DNA of 64,000 nt from positions 1,696,001 to 1,760,000 of the forward strand of contig OZ246001.1 in NCBI GenBank assembly GCA_965230295.1. Reading direction: 5' to 3'. The notes under the pieces were generated by a model. That model searched no databases. It was not told the origin of the DNA and saw only the letters and a program-made list of their open reading frames with translations. Below are positions 18,886 through 31,112 of this stretch, piece by piece. The stretch's first letter is position 1; every line of letters begins with the position of its first letter. A program made the position numbers and the translations under genes. The stretch comes from Marinicella sp. Lineage in GTDB: Bacteria; Pseudomonadota; Gammaproteobacteria; Xanthomonadales; Marinicellaceae.

Positions 18886-19554
18886 TCAGGTTTTATCAAC
18901 AAACCGATAGCCACAACCATAAACTGCTTGGATGTAGTCATGTTCGTCGAGTTGTTTGAGTTTTTGCCTGATCTTTTTGATGTGGCTGTCGATGGTTCGA
19001 TCAGCGACGATGCGACCATCTTCATAAACCGCATCCATCAATTGGTCGCGATTAAAAATCCGTGTCGGTTGAGAATACAGTTTATTCAACAAGTTGAACT
19101 CAACAGCGGTTAACTCGATGTTTTGTTGGCCCATTTTAACCAACAACTGGTGGGCATCAAGTTGTAGAGAGCAGAGTTGTTTGTCTGGTTTTCGGTTGCG
19201 CAATTGAACCCGAACACGGGCCACCAACTCCCTCGGGCTGTAGGGTTTACAGACATAATCATTGGCGCCTATTTCAAGCCCCAGAATGCGGTCAATTTCT
19301 GCCACTTTCGCGGTGGTCATGATGATTGGCACTTCACTGAATTTTCTGATTTCTCGACAAATATCAACCCCATTATTCTCTGGCAACATCAGATCCAGTA
19401 AGACCACATCAACCGGGTTTCGTTGAATGCTTTCAACCACCCCGGCACCGGTGAGGTTGATGCTGACCTGGTGACCTTCAAGAGTCAGGTAATCTCGCAT
19501 CAATTCTGCCAGGTTCTGTTGATCTTCTACAATTAATATATGGCTTTCAGACAT
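18886..19554 (-). CDS. baeR: OmpR-family response regulator, BaeR-like
   Basis: Receiver domain (LLDLMLP, CKPYSPRE) plus winged helix (DRTIDSHIKKIR, YGCGY). Confidence 0.75.
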   Translation of the reverse strand: MSESHILIVEDQQNLAELMRDYLTLEGHQVSINLTGAGVVESIQRNPVDVVLLDLMLPENNGVDICREIRKFSEVPIIMTTAKVAEIDRILGLEIGANDYVCKPYSPRELVARVRVQLRNRKPDKQLCSLQLDAHQLLVKMGQQNIELTAVEFNLLNKLYSQPTRIFNRDQLMDAVYEDGRIVADRTIDSHIKKIRQKLKQLDEHDYIQAVYGCGYRFVDKT

Positions 19555-21022
19555 GTTTAGGAATCCTCACCGTCATGTTGATACCGCCCAACTTTGAGGC
19601 TTCAGCGACAATGCTGCCATGGTGTGCTTCAACGATGTTTTTTACTATGGCCAAGCCCAAACCCGAGCCACCTGAGTTTTTATTTCGTGACCGTTCTTGG
19701 CGATACAATCGATCAAACATTTGGCTGATCTCATGCGGTAACAAACCAGGTGCACTGTCCGCCAAACTGATGATGTACTCATTTTGTTTTGTATCAAATG
19801 TGACTGATAATTCAATCTCACCACCTGCATCAGTATAGGCAATGGCGTTGTCCAATAAATTCATCATCAACTGTTGCAATCTGATCGGATCTCCCAACAC
19901 GATTTTCGGTTCTTTTGTATGATCAATATAACGGAAAGACAGGTTTTTCTCTGTCAAAGCCAACTGTTGAGAATCTTGAACCGTTTGTAACACGGCGTCC
20001 AGATTCGTTGCCTGCATCTGATATTGCATGCTGCCTAAATCAGCTACACTCAACTGGTGTAAATCGCGGATCAACCGACCCAGTGCTGTAATTTGGTGGT
20101 GCAACAATGCCAAGTTCTTTTTATCTGCTTGGTGGATTCCATCTTGAATGGCTTCAATTTGTGCCTGTAACACCGCCACAGGGGTGCGTAAGTCATGGGC
20201 AATGTCTGCCATCATTTTCTTCTGCACCTCGGCATTGGAAGCCAAAGTACTGGTCAACAAATTAAAGTTTTGACCCAACTGCCCCAGTTCATCATTGCGG
20301 TTGATGTGGGTGCGGATCGAATAATCGCCTCCGGCGGCTTTTTGGGTGGCTTGATTCAAAGCTTTGATCGGCCGTGTAAAGTACCTGGCCACAGGTACAG
20401 TAAATAACAAAGCGACCAAGATCATCACAGCGGCTATCATGACCAGCAGCTTGATGAAGGTGGCGTTGAATTGTTTGTCCTGTTTGCGATCCATCTTTGG
20501 TGACTGATCAAACACCACATAGCCCACCACCTGACCCTGATATTCAAGCCGCACTTTTTTGGTGCCTGAATCATCCCAAGCGGTGGGCCCAATAACCAGT
20601 TCTTGTTGTTGGTCAAACAAGGAGTAGGTCGGCAACACCCTGGATAACTCAGGGTTGTTCAACCTGGGTTTTCCCGGTTTGTGATCTCTGGGCGGGGGGC
20701 GGTGTTTCATTCTGCCACGTGGCGGTTTTTTGGTTTGATGGCCCTGTGGTCTTCCGGCACCAGAATCACTGGCACTGATAAAGATCAATTCGTGCCAAGC
20801 CCTGGGATCATCGATAAACTGTTGCCAAGATTGATTCTCAGCATAGTGGTTTTCCAAGGCCATTACCATGCGATCATTCAAGTCCTTAGCCAAGGATTTT
20901 TTGTACGCCGTAAAGCCTTGTTTAAAACCAAATTGCATCAACAAAGCCATACTGATCACCACCACACAGGTAATGGTCAATAACAAGATCAGAATTTTGC
21001 TTTTGATTGAGGTAAAGGCCAT
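19547..21022 (-). CDS. baeS: Sensor histidine kinase, BaeS-like
   Basis: Two TM helices, HAMP (DELGQL), H-box DIAHDLRTP, N-box NLLDNA, G-box GSGLGL. Confidence 0.75.
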   Translation of the reverse strand: MAFTSIKSKILILLLTITCVVVISMALLMQFGFKQGFTAYKKSLAKDLNDRMVMALENHYAENQSWQQFIDDPRAWHELIFISASDSGAGRPQGHQTKKPPRGRMKHRPPPRDHKPGKPRLNNPELSRVLPTYSLFDQQQELVIGPTAWDDSGTKKVRLEYQGQVVGYVVFDQSPKMDRKQDKQFNATFIKLLVMIAAVMILVALLFTVPVARYFTRPIKALNQATQKAAGGDYSIRTHINRNDELGQLGQNFNLLTSTLASNAEVQKKMMADIAHDLRTPVAVLQAQIEAIQDGIHQADKKNLALLHHQITALGRLIRDLHQLSVADLGSMQYQMQATNLDAVLQTVQDSQQLALTEKNLSFRYIDHTKEPKIVLGDPIRLQQLMMNLLDNAIAYTDAGGEIELSVTFDTKQNEYIISLADSAPGLLPHEISQMFDRLYRQERSRNKNSGGSGLGLAIVKNIVEAHHGSIVAEASKLGGINMTVRIPKHV

Positions 21023-21088
21023 GGCCTCATCTTACACAGAAATATGCAAGAAAAAAGAAAGTAGGCCATATCTTGAAGCAATACTTGC

Positions 21089-22402
21089 TTATTTACCAAT
21101 ACAAAAACTGGAGAAAATTTCGCCCAATAAATCATCCGAAGAGAAATCTCCAGTGATTTCGTTGAGTGACTGCTGTGCCAAGCGCAATTCTTCTGCAGAC
21201 AGCTCACCCTGATTCAGGTGTAACTGTTGTTCTGCTGCATCGATGTGGGTTTGGGTGATTTTCAGTTGTTCAATGTGTCGTTGACGGGCCGTGAAGCTGT
21301 TTTCATTCAGCCCTCCTGAAGTGACTTGGTCGATGATCGCTTGTCTGATTGTGCCTATACCCTGGTTTTGTTTGGCCGATACCACCAAAGCCCCTTTGAC
21401 TGGTGACCTGTCGGTCAGATCTGCCTTATTAACGATGTTGATTTGATTCTCAGCCTGGGTCATTTCATTTGGATCGAACTGACTGCCATCCCAGACATGC
21501 AACACCACATCGGCCTGTTGTTTGACTTGCAAAGCCCGTTGAATACCTTGTTGCTCAATCGGATTGTCTGTTTCATGGATGCCCGCCGTATCAATCAACC
21601 TGACTGGAATTCCTGCTATCACCACATCTTCTTTGACCACATCGCGGGTGGTTCCGGCCACCTCTGAAATGATGGCAGTGTCTTCTTCGGTCAAGCGGTT
21701 TAATAATGATGATTTTCCGGCGTTGGGTTTGCCGATGATGGCAATGCTGATGCCCTGGCTCAAAACCACCCCTGTTTGGGTTTTTCTCAAGGTGTTTTGC
21801 ATGTTTCGGTTGAGGCTAGATAATTGTTGTCTTAAACCTTCATCAGATAAAAAATCGATTTCTTCCTCTGGGAAGTCGATGGCCGATTCCACCCATACAC
21901 GGGTTTCAATCAATAATTGCAGGATGTTGTTGATGTGGTTCGAAAAAGCCCCTTGCAAGGATCGCTGTGATGCCAACACCGCTTGTTCTGAGCCACTGGC
22001 TATCACATCTGCAATCGCTTCAGCTTGAACCAAATCTATTTTTTCATTGAGAAATGCCCGTTCTGAAAACTCACCCGGTCTGGCCATCCTGGCACCCAAA
22101 GCAATCACTTCTTTGAGCAACATGTTCATGACCACCATCCCACCATGGCCTTGGAGTTCAATCACATCTTCACCAGTGAACGAAGCCGGCGCTTGGAAGA
22201 ACAGCAACAAACCCGAATCAATGATTTGTGCTTGTCGATTTTTAAAGGTCGCGAAATGGGCTGTTCTGATTTTAAGGTCAGACAGGCCGCTGACTTTATG
22301 GGCAATGCTCAGGGCTTGGGGGCCTGAAATGCGAATGATGCCAACACCACCGCTGCCAGCCGGTGTGGCTATGGCAGCGATGGTGTCAGTGAATGTGTTC
22401 AT
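21089..22402 (-). CDS. mnmE: tRNA modification GTPase MnmE
   Basis: DTIAAIAT, GKPNAGKSS, GTTRD, DTAG and terminal FCIGK. Confidence 0.98.
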   Translation of the reverse strand: MNTFTDTIAAIATPAGSGGVGIIRISGPQALSIAHKVSGLSDLKIRTAHFATFKNRQAQIIDSGLLLFFQAPASFTGEDVIELQGHGGMVVMNMLLKEVIALGARMARPGEFSERAFLNEKIDLVQAEAIADVIASGSEQAVLASQRSLQGAFSNHINNILQLLIETRVWVESAIDFPEEEIDFLSDEGLRQQLSSLNRNMQNTLRKTQTGVVLSQGISIAIIGKPNAGKSSLLNRLTEEDTAIISEVAGTTRDVVKEDVVIAGIPVRLIDTAGIHETDNPIEQQGIQRALQVKQQADVVLHVWDGSQFDPNEMTQAENQINIVNKADLTDRSPVKGALVVSAKQNQGIGTIRQAIIDQVTSGGLNENSFTARQRHIEQLKITQTHIDAAEQQLHLNQGELSAEELRLAQQSLNEITGDFSSDDLLGEIFSSFCIGK

Positions 22403-22417
22403 GAATAGTCGGGGTGA

Positions 22418-24124
22418 TTAAGCCGCCGTTTTTTCATCTTGTGCTTCAATGCGTTTGGTGATCACCCACTGTTGTGCCAATGACAACACTGAGTTCACTG
22501 CCCAATACAAGACCAGACCTGACTGGAAGAAGGCAAACATGATTGAAAAAGCCACAGGCATCCATTTCATGATTTTTTGTTGCATGGGATCCATGCCTGG
22601 GGTGGGTGATAACCTCTGGGTCATGATCATGGCCACGGCATTGATGGCTGGTAATATGAAGTAGGGGTCAGGTGATGACAAATCCTGAATCCACAACATA
22701 AAGGGTGCCTGGCGCAATTCTACTGACTCCAACAACACCCAATATAAAGCAATGAACACGGGTATTTGAATCAAAATAGGTAAACAACCACCCAGTGGAT
22801 TGACCTTCTCTTTCTGATACAAGCCCATCATTTCTTGATTGAATTTTTGTTTGTCGTCTTTATAACGCTCTTTCAAAACCGTGATCCTGGGTTGTAATTT
22901 ACGCATCCGTGCCATTGATTTGTATTGCGCTTCTGATAATTTAAAGAACAACAGTTTGATCAAGATGGTCAACAACACAATCGACCAACCCCAGTTTCCA
23001 ACAAACCCATGGATTTTTTCCAACACCCAAAACAAAGGTTTTGAAATGGCCGTGAAAACACCATAATCGACTGTTAAATCCAAACCTCTGGCAATGGCCG
23101 GTAATTCTTTTTGTAATTTCGGACCCACATACCAGGTTGAATCAAACGTCTCTGTGCTGCCTGCTCGAACTGTCTTGTTATTGGTGACAATTCTGGCCAT
23201 ATAAGGATGACTGCTGTTGGGTCGGTATTTGGCCTCCATTTTAGACAGTTCTGTGGTAGGAATCACCGCTGCAAAAAAGTAATGTTGAACCATCGCAACC
23301 CAGTTTTCAGGGCCCAGATTCAATACTGTAGTTTCATCTTGTAAATCATCAAAACTGCGGGTGTCATAACCTTCTTCAGCATCAAAAAAACCAACCCCTT
23401 TGAAAGAATAACGACCTGCATCAGTGAATGACGGGTCATTGCCCAACCAAGGGTTGTTTCTCATCAATTGTTGATATTCTGAAGTGTTCCAATCCTGAGA
23501 AGTGTTGTTGGTGAGCTTTTGGGTCACCTTGATGGCATAACTTTCAGGGTCAATTTGGTAGGTTTTAACCAAAGTGCCTTCTGGTTTTTGATGGGTAAAA
23601 ACCACTTCGGTCACGGCATCATTGACCGCTACATATGAGGTGTTGGCGCTGAAGGTGTCATTGTGGGTAAAGTTTACATTTTGTGAAACCAAACCAGAAT
23701 CTATTTTAAATCGGTTGTCTCGGTAATCCATCAAAACAACATGCTGTGAAGATTGACCCTTCTCGACAGGGTATTTTTTCAGTTCAGCATAAACCAAAGC
23801 GGCACCTTTGGCTGCAAATTCCAATTTCAACAGTGGGGTTTCAACCCTTGAAATGATGTTGATGTTGCCTTTTGATTCGGTCACCACAGGTACATCTGTA
23901 TTGTTGTTATTGAGTGGTTGCGGAATGTCTTCATCCACAACATTTTGAACCGCTGGGATGTCATCTTCAGGTATGGCGTTTATTGTGTTGTTATCAGAGA
24001 CTGATTGGCTGTTGGTGGTGGAAGTATCAACAACAGGAGTTGGGGCGTAATCCTTTTGCCACTGGGTGTACAACATAAAACCCAAAAACATCAGAGTGAT
24101 TAAATATAAATTTTTATTGTTCAT
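22418..24124 (-). CDS. yidC: Membrane protein insertase YidC
   Basis: GNWGWSI, NPLGGCLP and WIQDLSSPDPY motifs; ATG 24124 overlaps the rnpA stop. Confidence 0.97.
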   Translation of the reverse strand: MNNKNLYLITLMFLGFMLYTQWQKDYAPTPVVDTSTTNSQSVSDNNTINAIPEDDIPAVQNVVDEDIPQPLNNNNTDVPVVTESKGNINIISRVETPLLKLEFAAKGAALVYAELKKYPVEKGQSSQHVVLMDYRDNRFKIDSGLVSQNVNFTHNDTFSANTSYVAVNDAVTEVVFTHQKPEGTLVKTYQIDPESYAIKVTQKLTNNTSQDWNTSEYQQLMRNNPWLGNDPSFTDAGRYSFKGVGFFDAEEGYDTRSFDDLQDETTVLNLGPENWVAMVQHYFFAAVIPTTELSKMEAKYRPNSSHPYMARIVTNNKTVRAGSTETFDSTWYVGPKLQKELPAIARGLDLTVDYGVFTAISKPLFWVLEKIHGFVGNWGWSIVLLTILIKLLFFKLSEAQYKSMARMRKLQPRITVLKERYKDDKQKFNQEMMGLYQKEKVNPLGGCLPILIQIPVFIALYWVLLESVELRQAPFMLWIQDLSSPDPYFILPAINAVAMIMTQRLSPTPGMDPMQQKIMKWMPVAFSIMFAFFQSGLVLYWAVNSVLSLAQQWVITKRIEAQDEKTAA

Positions 24125-24480
24125 TCTTTTTTCTCTGTTTGTGACCACAATTGATTCATCAAGGTCAGGAGTTCAGTATTGCTTAAGCTGGGAGCTGTGG
24201 TTTTGGCCAACACCACATAATCCGCTGTTTTTAAATGATGTTGTCTTCGAAAGGATTCTCTGACAATGCGTTTGATTCGATTTCTTTGTACGGCGGTTTT
24301 ATGAACTTTTTTAGAAACCACCATTCCCAATCTCTTATTAACCAAAGTATCATTAGTGGGGTCATTGGTGTAATGAATCAACAGCGTGAACGCTTTATTT
24401 TGAATTCTTTTTGACCTACTAAAAACCCGACTGTAATCGAGTCGGGTTAATAATCTTTTGCCTTTTGGGAATTGTTCCAA
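24121..24480 (-). CDS. rnpA: Ribonuclease P protein component
   Basis: RLGMVVSKK and AVQRNRIKR motifs; lies between rpmH and yidC. Confidence 0.95.
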   Translation of the reverse strand: MEQFPKGKRLLTRLDYSRVFSRSKRIQNKAFTLLIHYTNDPTNDTLVNKRLGMVVSKKVHKTAVQRNRIKRIVRESFRRQHHLKTADYVVLAKTTAPSLSNTELLTLMNQLWSQTEKKE

Positions 24481-24517
24481 GGCACACCTTTAGCTATACG
24501 ATCTGTCGTTGATCGAA

Positions 24518-24652
24518 TTATGCAGCCAGTCTTTTTCTGCCTTTGGCACGTCTGGCATTGATGACGGCACGACCACCAGCTGTTTTCATGCGTGCTCTGA
24601 ACCCATGGGTTCTGGCTCTTTTCAAGTTACTTGGTTGAAATGTTCTTTTCAT
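24518..24652 (-). CDS. rpmH: 50S ribosomal protein L34 (absent from the ORF track)
   Basis: Translated by hand: [44 protein letters not shown]. Confidence 0.98.
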   Translation of the reverse strand: MKRTFQPSNLKRARTHGFRARMKTAGGRAVINARRAKGRKRLAA

Positions 24653-24951
24653 GATTGTTTACCTGTTTTCTTTAACGCGTTCGACGTGCTTCATGCACGC
24701 CTATAAAAAGGCCGTGCATCATACTGTTTTTTTATTGTTTTTTCAAGCCTTTTTTGGATTGTTGTGCAAGCACCTCAATTCCCTTGCTTTGAATTTAATC
24801 GAATACCCGATCATTCTTCGATATTGGGCCACCTGACTTGAAACACGAAGGGGGTTATTTTACCTTGGTTTTCCCCCAGTTTACTATGGGCTTGGGGTTA
24901 TTTTCTTGTTATACTTAAGCGTTTTTTTACGGGTCTTTGAAAATATATATT

Positions 24952-26247
24952 ATGTGGGAACATTGTCTTAAAAGACTGGAATCAGAAATACCCAAAAATG
25001 ACATATTGTTATGGATTCGCCCACTTGAAGTCACCGTTACCCAACAACAGGTTCAGCTCTTTGCCGCCAACGATGTGGTGCTTAATAAAGTCAAGGGACA
25101 ATACTATAAGCTGATCCAGGCGGCCATCAAAGAAGTTTTTGGCGACCCATTTTCTGCCAGTTTACAATTACAAAAATCAAAAATAGAAGTGGTGGGAGAG
25201 CAAGAAGAAACCGCCAAAGCAAAAATAGCTTCAAACCTGGATCCGAGATTCGAGTTTGATAATTTTATTGAAGGGCGATCAAACACCATCGCCTTGGCAG
25301 CCGCATTACAAACCGCACAAACACCTAATCCTGAATTCAACCCCTTGCTACTGTATGGCAGTACCGGATTGGGTAAGACGCATTTGATGCATGCCATTGG
25401 CAATGAGATTGTTAAAAACAACCCTGATGAAGTGGTGTGTTATTTACATTCAGAAATTTATGTGAATGAAATGGTCAAAGCGATCCAACAAAAAGCCATG
25501 GAATCGTTCAAACAAAAGTACCGTTCGGTCACCACATTATTGATCGATGACATTCAGTTTTTTGCCCGCAAAGAGCGGACCCAGGAAGAATTTTTTCACA
25601 CCTTTAATTACCTGCTTGAAGGACAAAAAAGGGTGATCATCACTTGTGATCGATACCCCAAAGAAGTCAATGGTTTGGAATCCAGATTAAAGTCAAGGTT
25701 GGGTTGGGGGATAGTGGTTCCCATCGATCCACCAGACTACGAAACCCGAGTTGCCATTTTGAAAGAAAAAGCCATACAATTCGGTTTTTCACTGACTGAT
25801 GAAGTTGCTTTTTACATTGCCAAACAATTAAACTCAAACATCAGAGAGTTGGAAGGCGCACTGAGTACTCTGAAAGCCAACGCCTTTTTTACTGGAAAAG
25901 TGATTGATTTAGATTATACCAAACAGATCCTCAAGGAGTTGTTTAAAGTGAATCACCAAATTGTTTCAGTAGAAAATATCCAAAAAACCACTGCACAATA
26001 TTACAATGTTAAATTATCTGAGTTGTTGGGTAAAAGTCGTAAAAGATCCATTGTTCGTCCCAGACAGCTGGCAATGTATTTAGCCAAGGATTTAACCGAT
26101 AAAAGCTATCCAGAAATTGGAGAGTTATTCGGGGGACGTGATCACACAACAGTGTTACATGCCTACCGGAAAATAAGTGAATTGTTGTCTGAAAATAATG
26201 ACTTGGATGAAGACCGACAAAAAATTGTGAATAAGTTAACGGAATGA
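24952..26247 (+). CDS. dnaA: Chromosomal replication initiator DnaA
   Basis: NPLLLYGSTGLGKTHL, LLIDDIQF, NIRELEGAL and GGRDHTTVLHA motifs. Confidence 0.99.
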   Translation: MWEHCLKRLESEIPKNDILLWIRPLEVTVTQQQVQLFAANDVVLNKVKGQYYKLIQAAIKEVFGDPFSASLQLQKSKIEVVGEQEETAKAKIASNLDPRFEFDNFIEGRSNTIALAAALQTAQTPNPEFNPLLLYGSTGLGKTHLMHAIGNEIVKNNPDEVVCYLHSEIYVNEMVKAIQQKAMESFKQKYRSVTTLLIDDIQFFARKERTQEEFFHTFNYLLEGQKRVIITCDRYPKEVNGLESRLKSRLGWGIVVPIDPPDYETRVAILKEKAIQFGFSLTDEVAFYIAKQLNSNIRELEGALSTLKANAFFTGKVIDLDYTKQILKELFKVNHQIVSVENIQKTTAQYYNVKLSELLGKSRKRSIVRPRQLAMYLAKDLTDKSYPEIGELFGGRDHTTVLHAYRKISELLSENNDLDEDRQKIVNKLTE

Positions 26248-26420
26248 TTGTTAACAAGTTGTGGATAAGTTGTGAAATAACACATGCGTTAATTTCTTCA
26301 ACAAGTTATCCACAGGAATAACAACAATGTTTGATAAAAAATGTTTATTAAAATCAATAACTTACATAAATATTCAGTTTTTTATTAAACACTATAATAA
26401 CTATTTTTATATATAATACT
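26226..26420. other. Replication origin oriC (dnaA-dnaN intergenic)
   Basis: DnaA boxes TGTGGATAA (26260-26268), TTATCCACA (26306-26314) and TGTGAATAA (26226-26234); IHF consensus AATCAATAACTTA (26352-26364); very AT-rich tract before dnaN. Confidence 0.85.
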
Positions 26421-27521
26421 ATGTTATTTAATATCCAAAGAGAAAGTTTATTAGCCCCCCTCAATCAAATCTGTGGTGTGGTGGAGAAAAAAGGTACTTT
26501 ACCTGTTTTAAGCAATGTATTACTTAAGTTAGATGGTGATACTTTATTATTAACAACCAGTGATTTAGATGTTGAAATGCGATCAGAATGTATAGTTGAT
26601 GCGCAATCTCAAGGCGAAGTGACTGTACCAGCTCATAAGTTTTTAGACATATGTAAAGCTTTACCTGATGGTTCTATCATTACTTTTTCTTTTGATTCAG
26701 GGAAGTGTTTGATCACTTCAGGTGACAGTCGCTTCAGTTTGAGTACCTTGTCAGCCCAAGAGTTTCCTTTGATTGATGATATGGAAACTTACCAACCCAT
26801 CAGTATGGCTGCTGACGATTTACAACGCATGTTGAAACAAACGGTATTTTGTATGGCCGTTCAAGACGTGCGCTACTTTTTGAATGGTTTGTTGTTTGAA
26901 GTTTTGAATAATAAGTTGCGCTGCGTTTCTGCCGATGGTCACCGTTTGGCTTTATCAGAATGTGACTATGTCAACAACAGTGGATTGAACAAACAGGTAC
27001 TGATTCCCAGAAAAGGTGTGCTAGAACTGCAAAAAATGATCAGGGATATGGATCAGGAAATCACCATTAACATCGGACAAAACCACGTAAAAATAGAAAT
27101 TGAATCCATCAGCATGACCTCAAAATTGATCGATGGTAAATTCCCGGATTATGAATCGGTGATCCCACTTAACATGGAAAACAACTTCATAGCTGACCGT
27201 GAAGAGTTACGCAATGCCTTACATCGGGTCGCCATTTTATCCAATGAACAATACAAAGGGGTTAAATTTAAGATCACCCAAAACAAATTGGAAATCATAG
27301 GTCACAACCCAGATCAAGAACAAGCAGAAGATGTGATCGCTGTGCAAACAGATATCGAAGACATTGAAACTGCTTTCAATGTAAACTACATTTTAGATGC
27401 CACCCAAGCCATCACTGAAAAAGAAATTCAATTCAGTTTTAAAGAAGCCCTGTCAAGCTGCCTGATCAAACATCCTGAACGTTTGGATTGTCGTTTGGTG
27501 GTGATGCCATTACGCATCTAG
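26421..27521 (+). CDS. dnaN: DNA polymerase III beta clamp
   Basis: LPVLSNVL, DVRYFLNG, ADGHRL, LIDGKFPDY and VVMPLRI motifs. Confidence 0.99.
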   Translation: MLFNIQRESLLAPLNQICGVVEKKGTLPVLSNVLLKLDGDTLLLTTSDLDVEMRSECIVDAQSQGEVTVPAHKFLDICKALPDGSIITFSFDSGKCLITSGDSRFSLSTLSAQEFPLIDDMETYQPISMAADDLQRMLKQTVFCMAVQDVRYFLNGLLFEVLNNKLRCVSADGHRLALSECDYVNNSGLNKQVLIPRKGVLELQKMIRDMDQEITINIGQNHVKIEIESISMTSKLIDGKFPDYESVIPLNMENNFIADREELRNALHRVAILSNEQYKGVKFKITQNKLEIIGHNPDQEQAEDVIAVQTDIEDIETAFNVNYILDATQAITEKEIQFSFKEALSSCLIKHPERLDCRLVVMPLRI

Positions 27522-28598
27522 GTGTACATCAAGCAACTTAAGTTGAATGGCTTTCGGTGTCATCAAGACATCGACCTCAACTTTGATCAACGCATCAATG
27601 TGTTTTTTGGTGACAATGGTGCTGGAAAAACATCCATACTTGAAGCCATTTACTTTTTATCAACGGGAAAATCTTTCAGATCAAAACGAACCAAAAACCT
27701 GATTCATCAAGTTGCCGATGAATTGGTGGTGTTTGCACAGTATGATGACAATTCAGGATCCCAGGGACAACTGGGCGTTTCACTGAACAAGTCATTGAAG
27801 AAAACCATTAAACTGAACCAACAAAAAATCAGCAATCAATCTGAGATTGCACATTTGATGCCGGTGGTTTCTATTGACCCGGATTCCTATTTGTTTTTGG
27901 ATAAACCACCACGATTCCGCAGGTCTTTTCTGGATTGGTTGGTGTTTCACGTGAAACCTGATTACCTACCCATATGGTCAAAAGTAGCCCGGTGTCAAAA
28001 ACAACTGAACACTTTGTATAAAACAAAAGCGCTTAACCAGTTAAGTCAATGGGAGCATCAATACATTGAATATTCTCATCAATTGAATGGTTTGAGGTCA
28101 GAAGTGTTCAGCCAATTAGAAACATTGGTAGCCCAAAAAGTGCATCAATTCATTCCGGAGTTGAAAGGCTTTAAACTCAATTACTATCAGGGTTGGTCAA
28201 CAGATTATTCTCTACAAGAACAATTGAATAAAGACAGAGACAAAAACTTAATGTATGGCAACTTAAATGCCGGCATTCATAAAATGGATATCAAGAACAC
28301 TGTTGATAAAAGTCCGGCTCATGAAAGGATGTCAAGGGGGGAGAAAAAGTTGATTTCTATCATTTATTATTTGAGTTTTATTGAGTTAATTGCTTCAGTA
28401 TTACAAGTTGATCCTATCTTGTGCCTGGATGATATGGATGCAGAATTGGATGTTGAAAAAACCAAAATACTGGGAGATTTTATCAAACAAAGCGCTCACC
28501 AAATTTTCATTTCTACAGTGGATGAAAAGAAGTTGTTGGATGTTTTGGGCGAGGTTGGTTTGTTTCACGTGAAACACAATCAAGTTGATCCCAAATAA
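27522..28598 (+). CDS. recF: DNA replication/repair protein RecF
   Basis: GDNGAGKTSILEAI, SRGEKK and LDDMDAELD motifs; GTG start abuts the dnaN stop. Confidence 0.96.
   Translation: MYIKQLKLNGFRCHQDIDLNFDQRINVFFGDNGAGKTSILEAIYFLSTGKSFRSKRTKNLIHQVADELVVFAQYDDNSGSQGQLGVSLNKSLKKTIKLNQQKISNQSEIAHLMPVVSIDPDSYLFLDKPPRFRRSFLDWLVFHVKPDYLPIWSKVARCQKQLNTLYKTKALNQLSQWEHQYIEYSHQLNGLRSEVFSQLETLVAQKVHQFIPELKGFKLNYYQGWSTDYSLQEQLNKDRDKNLMYGNLNAGIHKMDIKNTVDKSPAHERMSRGEKKLISIIYYLSFIELIASVLQVDPILCLDDMDAELDVEKTKILGDFIKQSAHQIFISTVDEKKLLDVLGEVGLFHVKHNQVDPK
27943..27958. promoter_or_regulatory. parS site (ParB binding), 15/16 match
   Basis: TGTTTCACGTGAAACC inside recF. Confidence 0.8.
28561..28576. promoter_or_regulatory. 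parS site (ParB binding), perfect consensus
   Basis: TGTTTCACGTGAAACA palindrome at the 3' end of recF. Confidence 0.9.
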
Positions 28599-28688
28599 AG
28601 TGCTTTGATATCACGTTTGATTAACCTCACACATGATTTTAAGCCTTGATTTCAGGGGTTAATTCTTCGTTTTTTAATCACTAAAAAC

Positions 28689-28697
28689 TGGTATAAT
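28689..28697 (+). promoter_or_regulatory. Extended -10 promoter element for gyrB
   Basis: TGgTATAAT about 30 nt upstream of the gyrB ATG. Confidence 0.6.
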
Positions 28698-28719
28698 GTG
28701 TTGTTTTATTTTGGATTGA

Positions 28720-31110
<2,391 letters not shown>

Positions 31111-31112
31111 TT

